A stretch of 64,000 nucleotides of DNA from Candidatus Babeliales bacterium (lineage in GTDB: Bacteria > Babelota > Babeliae > Babelales > CAIQNR01): NCBI GenBank assembly GCA_031972475.1, contig DALYEP010000001.1, positions 325,147-389,146 on the forward strand, read 5' to 3'. The notes beneath the pieces were generated by a model. That model ran no database searches. It was given only the letters and a program-made list of their open reading frames with translations, and was not told the DNA's origin. Below, one piece after another: positions 18,313-29,152 of this stretch (its first letter is position 1; each line of letters opens with the position of its first letter). The position numbers were made by a program, and so were the translations under genes.

Positions 18313-19662
18313 ATGAAAAAAATCAGTATTATATTACTTGCATTTTTATTTTTAAATTTAAATGCAAAAAGAGCATATGGAATGGTTGCAATCGGAACAG
18401 GTTGGACCAATGATTACCAAACAGTTATTTTAGATTATCTTGCAAGAAAATCAGATTTTTTAGTCCAAACAAAAGCTCCTTACACAAATCCTCACAAAGC
18501 AACCGTTGATGGAGTTTGTTATGATTTTTATCATATTCCTGTTGGAATTTTACAATCTCCTGCAATTAAAGTTTACATTGCTCCAGGAACACTTATCGAC
18601 CTTGATTTACTTATGAAAGAACTCGAAGATTTAGAAAAACTTGGAATTGACACAAAAAAAAGAATTCGAATATCTGCAAGTGCACAAATTTTAATGCCAT
18701 ATCAAAAAAGCATTGGACAATACAGTCGCAAGAAAAAAACATGCAAAATTGGATCCGGTGTACGAGTTGGTGTTGGGGCTGCAGGATCTGATAAATGCAT
18801 GGGAGTTGCCTTTAGAATAGCCGATTTAATGAGCTCAGGCTACAAAGATCTTCTTAAAGAAAATGTTCAAAGAGGAAATGATATCATAATTAAACTTTAT
18901 GAAAATAAGCCAATAGATTTTAAAGAAATATATAATACATTTAGTAAATATAGAAAAGCTCTCAAACCTTACGTTCGAGATGGGATTGAACTTAAATTCA
19001 ATCAAATGCTAAGCCATGGGAAAATAGGTCTATTTGATAGTCCTTATGGAACATATCTTGATAGCACTCATGGAACATGCTCTTATACTTCAGGTGTAAG
19101 CGCTCTTGCTTCTAGTATTTGTAGTTCTGCAGGAGTTGGATTTAAACGAATTAAAACAGTTATAGCAATCGTAGATTCTTATAGTATTTACCCAGGAAAT
19201 GAAAAAATCATCACAGCAATAGAAGATCCAGAAATTGCAAATAACGTAAAGAAAAAATTTGGCAAAATATATAATCCAAAACATCAATATGGATGGATTG
19301 ACCTTGTTATGATACGTCAAGCCGTTATGATAAATGGAGCTGACTGCATAGCATTTAATGGACTTCATCTTCTTGACGATCTTGATGAAATAAAAATGTG
19401 TATTGATTATGATCTTGATGGAAGACACCTTGATTATCCAGCACCAGCTCTTGAAGATCAAAAAAGAGTTGTTCCTCACTATATTGTTTTTCCTGGATGG
19501 AAAAAATCAACTCGAAATGCACGAACTTTTAGTGAACTACCGCAAGAAGCTCGCATTTTTTTAAAACAACTTGAGTGTCTTGCAGGAGTTCCTATAGCAA
19601 TCGTTTCTGTTGGGTTAGAGCCTTATGAAATGGTTATTGTTCAAGAATATTGTTTTCCATAA
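18313..19662 (+). CDS. signal-peptide-bearing, catalytically degenerate adenylosuccinate synthetase (PurA) homolog
   Basis: Full-length PurA-like (IPVGIL, LMKELEDLE..GID...RIRIS, GTYLDSTHGT, YGWIDL, PGWKKST..ARTFSELPQEARIFLKQLE.LAGVPIAIVSVG) but GDEGKG replaced by TNDYQT; 18-aa signal peptide; AAGGAG RBS. Confidence 0.85.
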   Translation: MKKISIILLAFLFLNLNAKRAYGMVAIGTGWTNDYQTVILDYLARKSDFLVQTKAPYTNPHKATVDGVCYDFYHIPVGILQSPAIKVYIAPGTLIDLDLLMKELEDLEKLGIDTKKRIRISASAQILMPYQKSIGQYSRKKKTCKIGSGVRVGVGAAGSDKCMGVAFRIADLMSSGYKDLLKENVQRGNDIIIKLYENKPIDFKEIYNTFSKYRKALKPYVRDGIELKFNQMLSHGKIGLFDSPYGTYLDSTHGTCSYTSGVSALASSICSSAGVGFKRIKTVIAIVDSYSIYPGNEKIITAIEDPEIANNVKKKFGKIYNPKHQYGWIDLVMIRQAVMINGADCIAFNGLHLLDDLDEIKMCIDYDLDGRHLDYPAPALEDQKRVVPHYIVFPGWKKSTRNARTFSELPQEARIFLKQLECLAGVPIAIVSVGLEPYEMVIVQEYCFP

Positions 19663-19672
19663 AATATAAGGT

Positions 19673-19729
19673 CTATAAATTAGGAAAAATTATTACGCAT
19701 AATAATACGAATTGTAAAAACATATTCAT
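19673..19729 (-). CDS. putative 18-aa hydrophobic micro-protein MNMFLQFVLLCVIIFPNL
   Basis: Not in ORF track; strong AGAGGAG RBS just before ATG; entirely hydrophobic. Confidence 0.35.
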   Translation of the reverse strand: MNMFLQFVLLCVIIFPNL

Positions 19730-19859
19730 AAAATACTCCTCTTTAAAATAGTGAATAATTTGATTAACACACTGCGTAAGAAGTAGTTTAAATAAATAAA
19801 TATGATTATTACAATAATAAATGCAGGATAAATCTGATAATATATTATTTAAAACAAAA

Positions 19860-20273
19860 CTATTTATTCTCTTTCTCTATAGACTTTAATTCATTAAGCA
19901 ATGAATCAAATATTTTTTGACCTTCATCTGTTTCAAAAGAATTATTAATAATTTTCTTTAAATACAATATAACAACCTCAATATCTTCTACAGATATTGA
20001 AACAATACGCATTTTATTATCTTCAAGAACAGTTTCTACTACTCCAGCCATACCATTTAAAACCTGCTTTAAAGATGCTGATGCTTCTTGAGAATTACCT
20101 TGATTCGCTTTAAGACCAACAATACCACCCAAAATATCTCTTAAAAAATAAGATACTAACTTTGCAGCATTGTTTGACTCAACTTGATGAGAGATAACAA
20201 TTTGACTTGTTAATATTTTGTTATTAACAAGAAAACACACCAACAACATTATTCTTTTGTAATATATTTTCAT
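19860..20273 (-). CDS. secreted hypothetical protein
   Basis: AAAGGA RBS, MKIYYKRIMLLVCFLV signal-like N-terminus. Confidence 0.7.
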   Translation of the reverse strand: MKIYYKRIMLLVCFLVNNKILTSQIVISHQVESNNAAKLVSYFLRDILGGIVGLKANQGNSQEASASLKQVLNGMAGVVETVLEDNKMRIVSISVEDIEVVILYLKKIINNSFETDEGQKIFDSLLNELKSIEKENK

Positions 20274-20347
20274 ACTACACATCCTTTAATATTAATAAGC
20301 GACTATCCTGCATCACTAATAATAAATATGAATATATAGTTTAATAA

Positions 20348-21661
20348 TTATATAATAAAAGAATCAGGTATATTATCTTTAAAAATTAAAACTTGAAAAA
20401 TACGTTTTTCTGATGATTTTTGAATTTGAAAAACATAACCCTTATAAGAAAGTCGCTCACCTTTTTTAGGTAATCTTTGTAATTTTTCACTCACAAAACC
20501 ACCTAATGTAACTGCATCTTCACATTCAAAACGAACATTTAAAAGTTTTTCAAGCTCATCAAGGTCTACACTTGCAGAAACTAGCCATCCACCTTGTTCC
20601 AATGTAACTATTGCTTCTGGAACAGATTCATGCTCATCATTTATCTCTCCAACAATTTCTTCTATAGCATCTTCAAGTGTTACTAAACCAATAATACCGC
20701 CATACTCATTCAACACCATTGCAATATGATGCCGTTGTTGTTTGAATTGACGTAACAACTGATTAACTTTCATACTTTCTGGAACAAATAGAATAGGCCG
20801 AACGAGCTCTTGCAAAGTTTTCTTCTCATTTTTTAATAAAACTAAATACGCATCTTTTTGATGAACCATTCCAATAATATTATCATCCTGTCCTTCATAA
20901 ACAGGAAGTCTTGAGAAATGATAGCGAGAAAAAAGATTTAATGCTTCTTCCAATGAAGATGAAACACTAACTGTTACAATGTCTGTTTCTGGAACCATAA
21001 TTTCTTTAACAGTTGTATGTCCAAGATCAAAAATACTATGTAACATCTGTGTTTTATCTGTATCCATCATTCCTTTTTTATTAATATAATCTATAAGAAA
21101 TTGAATTTCTTTTTCTGATGTATATGTTTCAGTACTATCTTCTTGATCAGTATTATTTTTAACTAAAGAAACAATAAAATTAGAAATTTTTGAAAGAATG
21201 TTAACAAGCGGCGACATAACATAAAATGTAATATTGGTAAGCCATAATGTTGATTTAAAAAGTTGTGGCCCGTGAGCTTGTGCTACATTTTTAGGTATTA
21301 CTTCACCAACAAGCAATGTTGTTGCTGTTGCAATAGCAATACCTAAAGAAAATCCTAATCCTTCTGAAAGTTGCAATGATTTAAAAAAATCTTCCATCAT
21401 TCTTGTAATAAGAGCCGCAGAAGTAACATCTGCAATGCTATTTGCTATTAATATAGAAATCAAAACGCGCTGTGGTTCTTTCTCTAAAACTGTAAGTAAA
21501 TTAGTGTAACCACGAGTACTTTTTGCAATTTCATTTAAATTAAAAAGACGCAGCGCAGTGACTGCAGTCTCTAAAAATGAAAATAATGCACAGAAAAAAA
21601 GCGCTATCAAAAAATAAACAAGCTGCATTGACAGTAACGAATTTGTTATATCCGAACTCAT
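20348..21661 (-). CDS. hemolysin-family CNNM/CorC-HlyC Mg2+ transporter (CNNM + 2 CBS + CorC domain)
   Basis: FSFLETAVTAL, LVGEVIPKNVA, VKEIMVP, HFSRLPVY, VLNEYGGIIGLVTLEDAIEEIVGEINDE, VTLGGFV. Confidence 0.92.
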   Translation of the reverse strand: MSSDITNSLLSMQLVYFLIALFFCALFSFLETAVTALRLFNLNEIAKSTRGYTNLLTVLEKEPQRVLISILIANSIADVTSAALITRMMEDFFKSLQLSEGLGFSLGIAIATATTLLVGEVIPKNVAQAHGPQLFKSTLWLTNITFYVMSPLVNILSKISNFIVSLVKNNTDQEDSTETYTSEKEIQFLIDYINKKGMMDTDKTQMLHSIFDLGHTTVKEIMVPETDIVTVSVSSSLEEALNLFSRYHFSRLPVYEGQDDNIIGMVHQKDAYLVLLKNEKKTLQELVRPILFVPESMKVNQLLRQFKQQRHHIAMVLNEYGGIIGLVTLEDAIEEIVGEINDEHESVPEAIVTLEQGGWLVSASVDLDELEKLLNVRFECEDAVTLGGFVSEKLQRLPKKGERLSYKGYVFQIQKSSEKRIFQVLIFKDNIPDSFII

Positions 21662-21685
21662 ATACCCCTTAGGCCTTTCGTCAAA

Positions 21686-23968
21686 TTATTCAAATGATTC
21701 ACTAGTAATATCATCATTTTCATCAACATTTATTTCTTTATCAAAGAACGATTGCAATTTTTTACTTCTAGAAGGATGACGCAATTTACGCAACGCTTTA
21801 ACTTCGATTTGTCTTATGCGCTCTCTTGTAACAGAAAAATCTTTTCCAACTTCTTCTAAAGTATGCTCAGATGCAACATCAATACCAAATCGCATTTTAA
21901 GAACTTTTTCTTCTCTTGGAGCAAGTGTTTTAAGAACTTCACGAACACGCTCTTTTAAGTCAGAATTTGCTACTGTTTCTGCAGGAGAAAAATCTTTATC
22001 ATTTTCTATAAAATCTTTAATGAATGCATCTTCGCTATCACCAACTGGGGTTTCTAACGAAATCGGCTCTTTAGAAATTTTAATAATATTTTTAACTTTC
22101 TTTTCATCAAGATTTAATTCTTTAGCTAAATCTGCATAAGAAGGCTCTTGGCCATGTTGTTGAATGAAAAGACGTTTAATTTTATTAATCTTATTAAGAG
22201 TTTCAACCATATGAACAGGAACACGAATAGTTCTTGATTGATCTGCTATTGCACGCGTAATAGCCTGCCTAATCCACCATGTTGCATATGTAGAAAACTT
22301 ATAACCTCGTTCAAATTCAAATTTTTCTACAGCCTTCATAAGACCAATATTACCTTCTTGAATAAGATCCAAGAAATGAAGTCCACGATTAACATATTTT
22401 TTTGCAATATTAACCACTAAACGTAAATTTGCTTTAGCAAGCTCATCTTTTGCATGCTTATCATCTTTTTGGCTTTTAACAAGTTGTCGATAATACTTAG
22501 TAATCACATCCAACGGAAGACCAGCTTCACCCTCTGTCTTTTTAATAGACTTAGTAGCCATTCTTATTTCTATTTCTGTTTCTTCGAGCAATACTTTATT
22601 GTCAGAAGAAATTTCTTTGCCTTTTTTAATAAAATCGACAGTTTTTTGACCTTCACGAATAATTTGCTGTTTTTCTTGAATTTTTAAAAGAAGTTTTTCA
22701 ATTTTTTTACCAATTTTTCTAATAAATTTATTAGCAATTCTAATAGATTGAACAGTCTGGCTAATTGCTTCTTTATTTTCTTTAACCTTTTGTAGCATCT
22801 CTTGTTTTTTTTCTTGAGATGTCAATTGATTTCGATAAGAAGCATAAATTCTTTCTTCATTTTTAATTAAATCTTCAAGTGCTGTAATTGTTTTTAAAAA
22901 AGCATCACGCTCTTCACCAATTTTTGGCAAATTCTCTTCATCATACTCAGCAAATTGAATAACATCTTTAAGAATCATTGGATTTTTATGAAGTTTTTCT
23001 CCAATAGATAAAAACTCTTTATACACAAAAGGAAAATGAGAAATCGCCTCAATACATGAATGCTTACTTGTTGCTATTTTATCTGAAATAATTTTTTCTG
23101 TTGTCTTATTAAGAAGAGGAATTTTTCCAATATCTCTTAAATAACATTTAACACCATCAGCAATATGAGAAGCTTCTGCTCTCTCAACAACTTCTTCTTC
23201 GTCATCTTCTGAATCAGTATCTTCTTCATCACCACCATCTTCATCAACAGAAAGACTCGAAACAAATTTATCTTTCAATTCAGCATGAGAGCCAATTTCA
23301 TCTTTTGTATGATCATCAAGAGCACTATCTTGAGCAAGTAACTCTTCTTCCATAATCAATTCTATATGTTCTTTTTCAAGAACTTTCATAAACTCATTTA
23401 CTTCTTTTTCCGTCAAATGAGCTTTGTCATGAAGAATCATTATTTCTTCATAAGTCAAAATACCAGTCTCTTTACCTTTTTCTAAAATCGCATCCATCAA
23501 ATCTTTTTTAAGATCCAGTTCTTTTTTTACAGAAACTGTTGACGTTGCTGATTTCATCTTGCTTACTGCTTTTTTAGGAGATGTTGCTTTAACAGTTTTT
23601 TTAATTGGAGTTAATGGCTTTGCTTGAACAGAAGTTTTTTTAATCACTTCATCTTTACCAACAGAAATATTTCCATCTACTTGTTTTTTTGTTACACGCG
23701 ATGGCGCTTTAACAACAACTTTTGGAGTTTTAGATTTTGAAAAAATCATTTTCTTTGCAACTGCTTTTGTTGAAGAAACTTTTTTAGTTGAAGCTTTTTT
23801 TATAACTTTTTCTACTGTTTTTTTATTTTCTTTAACAGTTTTCTTTATTTTTAAAGAATTTTTTTTAGAACTAACTTTTTTAACTTGTTTTACTTTTTTT
23901 GTTGTTTTTTTAGAACTACTCTTTTTTGATATTCCCAAAATTTTATTAATTATGCTTTTAATAACCAT
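21686..23968 (-). CDS. rpoD: primary sigma factor RpoD with about 150-aa Lys-rich N-terminal extension
   Basis: [71 protein letters not shown]. Confidence 0.97.
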   Translation of the reverse strand: MVIKSIINKILGISKKSSSKKTTKKVKQVKKVSSKKNSLKIKKTVKENKKTVEKVIKKASTKKVSSTKAVAKKMIFSKSKTPKVVVKAPSRVTKKQVDGNISVGKDEVIKKTSVQAKPLTPIKKTVKATSPKKAVSKMKSATSTVSVKKELDLKKDLMDAILEKGKETGILTYEEIMILHDKAHLTEKEVNEFMKVLEKEHIELIMEEELLAQDSALDDHTKDEIGSHAELKDKFVSSLSVDEDGGDEEDTDSEDDEEEVVERAEASHIADGVKCYLRDIGKIPLLNKTTEKIISDKIATSKHSCIEAISHFPFVYKEFLSIGEKLHKNPMILKDVIQFAEYDEENLPKIGEERDAFLKTITALEDLIKNEERIYASYRNQLTSQEKKQEMLQKVKENKEAISQTVQSIRIANKFIRKIGKKIEKLLLKIQEKQQIIREGQKTVDFIKKGKEISSDNKVLLEETEIEIRMATKSIKKTEGEAGLPLDVITKYYRQLVKSQKDDKHAKDELAKANLRLVVNIAKKYVNRGLHFLDLIQEGNIGLMKAVEKFEFERGYKFSTYATWWIRQAITRAIADQSRTIRVPVHMVETLNKINKIKRLFIQQHGQEPSYADLAKELNLDEKKVKNIIKISKEPISLETPVGDSEDAFIKDFIENDKDFSPAETVANSDLKERVREVLKTLAPREEKVLKMRFGIDVASEHTLEEVGKDFSVTRERIRQIEVKALRKLRHPSRSKKLQSFFDKEINVDENDDITSESFE

Positions 23969-25704
23969 TATATAAGCCCCTTATGTAATAATTTTTTCTT
24001 CAGATCCAAAAAAGAGCCAATAATTGCTTGCACTTCTTGCAAATTATTCTCCAATTGAGCTTCATTAAGCTGAGCCTTTGTATCGTTTACAATCATCTTC
24101 CAATATTTTTTTTCTAACAACATTTCTATATTTTCAAAATCATCTTGCACTTCAGACTCAGTCATCAATATTTGATTTACCAATATTTTTTCACGCTCAT
24201 CAAGAGTCTCAAAAAAAGCAGAATAAACTTCTTGCTCTGTATTACTATGAACATCAATTAACTTCTGTATTAAAACTTTAAGCTCACCAGGCAAATAATT
24301 CAAAAGTCTTATAACTGAGTGCTTCTTTAACAATTGCGTATCAGACACTATAGCACATATAAATTTTTTTTCTAAGGCTGAAATTTCATAATGCTCTAAA
24401 ACAGGAGTTTTTATGCTAGAGAGAATCTCTTTTCTATAAGAAACTTTAAGCTCTTGCTGTAATGAAGATAAAGGAATTCCAAAAACTTCAGACGCTTTTT
24501 GAAGTAAAATATCTTCTTTAAGAGGATCGTTAAGCTTTTTTATAATAGTTAAAAAATTTCTAGCTAAAAGAAGTTTTTGCTGCAAAGGAGCATTTTTATA
24601 ATCCTTACCTAAATCACTCAAGAAAAAATCAAAAAGCTCTTGAGCCTGAGAAACTAAAACATCTAATGATTGACCCGTTTTTAAAAAAGATGCAGGATCA
24701 AAATTTGCAGGTAAAATAATAACTTTAAGCTCTAAATTAACCTGCCAGCAAAGCTCTACCAATCTAAGCATTGCCTTTCTACCAGCACTATCACCATCAT
24801 ATAAAGTCAAAACAGTATGAGCATGATGTGACAATAACTTAAGGTGCTCAATGGTACAAGCGGTTCCGAGCGTTGCAACAGTATTTTTATATCCATGTTG
24901 ATGCATTGCAATACAATCTGTATATCCCTCTACCAAAAAAACAGTACCTTTAGTTTGAATATCTCGCTTTGCAAGATCTAAACCAAAAAGAATCGAGCCT
25001 TTTTGAAAATAATTATTCTCAGGAGAATTATAATATTTTGATCGTTCATCAGAAAGTTTAAAAACCCTTCCACCAAAGCCACAATATCTACCTAAATGAT
25101 CTCTAATAGGAAATATAATTCTTTGCTCAAATGATGAATAAACCGTTTTACCCTCTCCCATAACACCTGCATCAATAAGATCTTTTAACAAAAAATTTTC
25201 TTTGCGCAATTCCTGCAATAAATGTTTTGCAAACTGCGTCCCCCCTGGAAAATATCCTATTTTAAAAATATTAATTTCATCATGATTAATTCCTCTTTCT
25301 AAGACATAATCCATAACTTGAGGATTTTCTAAAAGACGCTCATGGCACCATTTTGCTATAAGCGAACACAATGTAAAATAACGTTTTTTTTCATCAAAAC
25401 TTTCAGTCGTTTCTGTAGAAACATTCTCTGGAAGCTCAATGGCATAACGCTCTGCAAGCAACTTTACTGCTTCTAATTGAGAACAATGTTCAATTTTACT
25501 AATAAATGCAATAACATCGCCCGTTTCTTGACAACCAAAACAATAAAAAATTTCCCTATGTGGGCTAACGCTAAATGATGCTGTTTTTTCACTATGAAAA
25601 GGGCAAGACCCTTTCCAATAATGACCAGCTTTTTTTAACAAAACATGCTGGCCAATTACATCAAGAATTTGTACTTTATTTTTTACAATATTAAAAACAC
25701 TCAT
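23968..25704 (-). CDS. dnaG: DNA primase
   Basis: [15 protein letters not shown] zinc finger, KYYNSPE, VEGYTD, YDGDSAG, DPASF. Confidence 0.97.
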   Translation of the reverse strand: MSVFNIVKNKVQILDVIGQHVLLKKAGHYWKGSCPFHSEKTASFSVSPHREIFYCFGCQETGDVIAFISKIEHCSQLEAVKLLAERYAIELPENVSTETTESFDEKKRYFTLCSLIAKWCHERLLENPQVMDYVLERGINHDEINIFKIGYFPGGTQFAKHLLQELRKENFLLKDLIDAGVMGEGKTVYSSFEQRIIFPIRDHLGRYCGFGGRVFKLSDERSKYYNSPENNYFQKGSILFGLDLAKRDIQTKGTVFLVEGYTDCIAMHQHGYKNTVATLGTACTIEHLKLLSHHAHTVLTLYDGDSAGRKAMLRLVELCWQVNLELKVIILPANFDPASFLKTGQSLDVLVSQAQELFDFFLSDLGKDYKNAPLQQKLLLARNFLTIIKKLNDPLKEDILLQKASEVFGIPLSSLQQELKVSYRKEILSSIKTPVLEHYEISALEKKFICAIVSDTQLLKKHSVIRLLNYLPGELKVLIQKLIDVHSNTEQEVYSAFFETLDEREKILVNQILMTESEVQDDFENIEMLLEKKYWKMIVNDTKAQLNEAQLENNLQEVQAIIGSFLDLKKKLLHKGLI

Positions 25705-26470
25705 TGTTTTTCTTTGAAAACATTGTTGCTAAACCAAAAATTAAAAACCCAATTATCATAAATAATATCGAAATCATTTGAGATGTCGAAAAGAATTCAT
25801 GAGCCATAAGACGTTCTGCTCGAAAAAAATCAACAAAAAATCTTTCTGCTCCAATAAGCAAAAAATAAACTCCAACAAGTTGTCCTGATTTTTTAAAAAA
25901 CAGATCAATAATAAAATACATTATTAAAAATATAACAAAACCTGCCACTGAACTATAAATCTGAGTTGGATGCAAATTAACAAAACAAGGAGCAAAAACA
26001 TCTTTATTTTTGTAAACAATCGACCAAAAAACTGTAGTTTTTACGCCATAACAACATCCAGCAAAAAAACATCCTAAACGTGAAATTGCATACATCAAAG
26101 GCATATAAATACTAAATCTATCAAGTAAATTTATAATATTAATTTTTTGTTTATATGCATATAATATCAAAACTCCCGTCCCTGCAATAATACTTCCCAG
26201 CAAAGAAAATCCTGCACTTGTTAAGTCAATACAATCTAAAAACGAATGAATTGTTTCAGGATATTCTAAAATATGTAATAAACGACCACCAATGATAGCA
26301 GACAAAACAATTAAACTTGCAATGTCAAAAATATTTTTATGATAAATAACCCTCATTAAAATACTATCTCGCTGCATAAAATAAAGAGTTACTATAATAC
26401 CAAGACCAATCATAAAACCATAACTATGAACAGAAAATGGACCCCATATATGAAATAAAACAGGATTCAT
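25691..26470 (-). CDS. lgt: prolipoprotein diacylglyceryl transferase
   Basis: MNPVLF, SYGFMI, IIGGRLLH, RLGCFFAGCCYG, HPTQIY, ERFFVDFFR. Confidence 0.92.
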   Translation of the reverse strand: MNPVLFHIWGPFSVHSYGFMIGLGIIVTLYFMQRDSILMRVIYHKNIFDIASLIVLSAIIGGRLLHILEYPETIHSFLDCIDLTSAGFSLLGSIIAGTGVLILYAYKQKINIINLLDRFSIYMPLMYAISRLGCFFAGCCYGVKTTVFWSIVYKNKDVFAPCFVNLHPTQIYSSVAGFVIFLIMYFIIDLFFKKSGQLVGVYFLLIGAERFFVDFFRAERLMAHEFFSTSQMISILFMIIGFLIFGLATMFSKKNNECF

Positions 26471-28320
26471 TAATCTTCCTTTGATTCAGGTTTATTATAA
26501 GGAACATAAACAGCTCTAGGTCTATGATAAATATTTATTTTCAACATAAGAAGCGAAAGAGCCGCAGGAGTCATTCCAGGAATAAGACCAGCCTGTGCAA
26601 GAGTAGCAGGTTTTATTTTTGTTAATTTTTGCTGCAACTCTGTTGACAAACCCTCCATTCCCATAAACTCAAAATCTTCCGGGAATTTCATAGTTTGATG
26701 CTTTTTTAGCCTTTCTACTTCTAACTCTTCTCGTTCTATATAAGGAGCATACTTTATTTCTGCTTGAACAGTTTGAGCAGGCCGTTCACCCAATATTTTA
26801 CCAGTTGTTTCTGTAACTGCTTTACACGCTCCAGCATTATCGCCAAAAAGACGTAATAAATCAGTATTATTATTTCCAGCACGAAGCTCTTTAATTGTGC
26901 TTATAATTATATCTTTTTCTTGTTTAAAATCTTTATACATTGCTTCATCAATAAGACCTATTTGATAAGCTTTTTCTGTAAGTCTTAAAAATGAATTATC
27001 TTGCCTAAGCAATAATCTATGCTCTGCACGAGAGGTGAACATTCTATAAGGCTCATCTATGCTTAATGTTGTTAAATCATCAATCATGATACCTATATAA
27101 CTTTCACTTCTATTTAATATAAAGGAAGGTTTATTTTCTGATTTTAAAGAAGCATTAATACCAGCAATAATACCTTGCCCTGCTGCCTCTTCATATCCAG
27201 TTGTACCATTAATCTGCCCTGCCAAAAAAAGACCTTCTATTTTTTTAGTTTCTAATGTTGCCTTTAACTGATTGGGAAGAACCATGTCATATTCAATAGC
27301 ATATCCAGGACGAACAATAACAGCATTCTCAAAGCCCTTAATTGCATTAATATATTGCTTTTGAATTTCTAGAGGAAGTGATGTCGAAAGACCATTAGGA
27401 TAAATCCATTCAGTAGAAAGACTCTCTGGTTCTACAAAAATTTGGTGTGCTGTTTTATGAGGAAATCGAGTTATTTTATCTTCTATAGAAGGACAATAAC
27501 GAGGGCCTGTTCCTGTAATTTCTTTACGCAAAATAGGCGAAAGATGAGCATTATCTTTTATAATTTGATGAACTTTTTCATTAGTATGCGTTATATAACA
27601 ATCTCTTTTTGTGGTAGTAGTATGAGGATAAAATTCAAAAAGATAATCTAAATTGTCAGATTGCTGCTTTTCAAGTCGAATAAAATCAATACTTGATGCA
27701 AGTAATCTAGGAGGAGTCCCTGTTTTAAGCCTTCCAAGAGTCAACCCTAATCTTCTTAAAGAATAAGATAAATTTACCGCAGGCTCTTCATCCTCTCTTC
27801 CCGAAGCATAATTATGCAATCCAACATGCACTAATCCATTTAAAAAAGTACCGGTGGTAAGAACAACAGAAGAAGCTGAAATATTAGTACCATCTGCTAA
27901 TTGAACACCAATAACTTGAGATTTTTCATTAACAATAACATCTTCTACCATCGCTTCTAAAATAGTAAGATTTTCAAGGGAAAAAAGCTCTTCTTGAGCT
28001 GCTTTGCTATAAGCATTTTTGTCAATCTGTAAGCGAAGACCGTGTACTGCAGGACCCTTACTAGTATTAAGCATACGAACCTGCAAATATGTTTTTGTAC
28101 AAAGTTTTGGCATAAGACCACCAAGTGCACTTATTTCAAAAACAATATGTCCTTTGCCAATACCTCCTACAGCAGGATTACAAGGCATATAGCCAATTTT
28201 ATCTTTTTTAAGGGTAATAAGAACTGTTTTAGATCCACGACGTGCAGCTGCATACGCAGCTTCTACTCCCGCATGGCCAGCACCAACTACAATAACATCA
28301 TATGAATATTTCGTACTCAT
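26470..28320 (-). CDS. mnmG: tRNA uridine-34 carboxymethylaminomethyl modification enzyme
   Basis: VGAGHAGVEAA, MPCNPAVGGIGKG, RLKTGTPPRL, GPRYCPSIEDK, AGQINGTTGYEEAAGQG, PYRMFTSRAE. Confidence 0.98.
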   Translation of the reverse strand: MSTKYSYDVIVVGAGHAGVEAAYAAARRGSKTVLITLKKDKIGYMPCNPAVGGIGKGHIVFEISALGGLMPKLCTKTYLQVRMLNTSKGPAVHGLRLQIDKNAYSKAAQEELFSLENLTILEAMVEDVIVNEKSQVIGVQLADGTNISASSVVLTTGTFLNGLVHVGLHNYASGREDEEPAVNLSYSLRRLGLTLGRLKTGTPPRLLASSIDFIRLEKQQSDNLDYLFEFYPHTTTTKRDCYITHTNEKVHQIIKDNAHLSPILRKEITGTGPRYCPSIEDKITRFPHKTAHQIFVEPESLSTEWIYPNGLSTSLPLEIQKQYINAIKGFENAVIVRPGYAIEYDMVLPNQLKATLETKKIEGLFLAGQINGTTGYEEAAGQGIIAGINASLKSENKPSFILNRSESYIGIMIDDLTTLSIDEPYRMFTSRAEHRLLLRQDNSFLRLTEKAYQIGLIDEAMYKDFKQEKDIIISTIKELRAGNNNTDLLRLFGDNAGACKAVTETTGKILGERPAQTVQAEIKYAPYIEREELEVERLKKHQTMKFPEDFEFMGMEGLSTELQQKLTKIKPATLAQAGLIPGMTPAALSLLMLKINIYHRPRAVYVPYNKPESKED

Positions 28321-28421
28321 TTACGCCATAACCTTTATATAAACACTTAAACAGAAGACGCTCCACCTACAAAATTAATAATCAAAGTATAGCGAAATAG
28401 CCAGAATCAGCAATGAATCAA

Positions 28422-28474
28422 AAAAATGTGTCTTATGCACTATTACATTAGTAAAAAGCATAAGACACATTTTT
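28422..28474 (-). terminator. long hairpin, probable terminator
   Basis: Perfect 17-bp inverted repeat aaaaatgtgtcttatgc ... gcataagacacattttt with 19-nt spacer. Confidence 0.65.
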
Positions 28475-28509
28475 AAAAATATTTAGATCTTATCTATGAT
28501 TACAGTTAA

Positions 28510-29007
28510 TTAATTTTTAACGATAGTCCAAACATTATCTTTATTTTTAATCTTAAAAAGCAAGGACATCACAAACTGCTTTGCTTTTTGATTTTTTAAA
28601 GATTTAAATTGAGAAATAACCATAGCATTTGTCATAACGCCTGCTTTTTTAAAATCAGAAACAGCCTCGACAAGCTCTGGAAAATTTTTAGCAGCTACAG
28701 AAAATTGATTAAATGTAGATATCTGACCATCATTAATCATACCAGCAAGATCATCCAACGTATTTGCAGATACAATTAAAGAATCATCTAATATGTCTAT
28801 CTTAACACACTCGACCATCACTTTATCAATTTCAACAGCACCCTCTGAAACAATAACGTCTTCTGAAAGGATAACTGTATCAACTACTACTTCATTTTGA
28901 GAAACTACTTCACACTCAGAGGCCTCTAATTTAGCTTGAACGTTTGCTCCAAATACTACCATAATTAAAAAGATCACTTTTTTAGATTTCTTAAGATTAA
29001 ATTTCAT
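28510..29007 (-). CDS. secreted hypothetical protein
   Basis: AAGGA RBS; MKFNLKKSKKVIFLIMVVFGANVQA signal peptide. Confidence 0.75.
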   Translation of the reverse strand: MKFNLKKSKKVIFLIMVVFGANVQAKLEASECEVVSQNEVVVDTVILSEDVIVSEGAVEIDKVMVECVKIDILDDSLIVSANTLDDLAGMINDGQISTFNQFSVAAKNFPELVEAVSDFKKAGVMTNAMVISQFKSLKNQKAKQFVMSLLFKIKNKDNVWTIVKN

Positions 29008-29070
29008 AATAAATCCTTTACATATAATCTTAGTTATCAGCTACTTTAAGTAGTCCTTACACATAATAAG

Positions 29071-29098
29071 AGTATACCAAAGATTAACAAAACGTCAA
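29071..29098 (-). promoter_or_regulatory. sigma70 promoter with extended -10
   Basis: TTGACG-16 nt ending TGG-TATACT on minus strand. Confidence 0.6.
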
Positions 29099-29152
29099 TT
29101 CAGTCAAAAAATAAGCTCAAAAAAAATTGCTTTCTCAAAAATTAAGCCCTGG

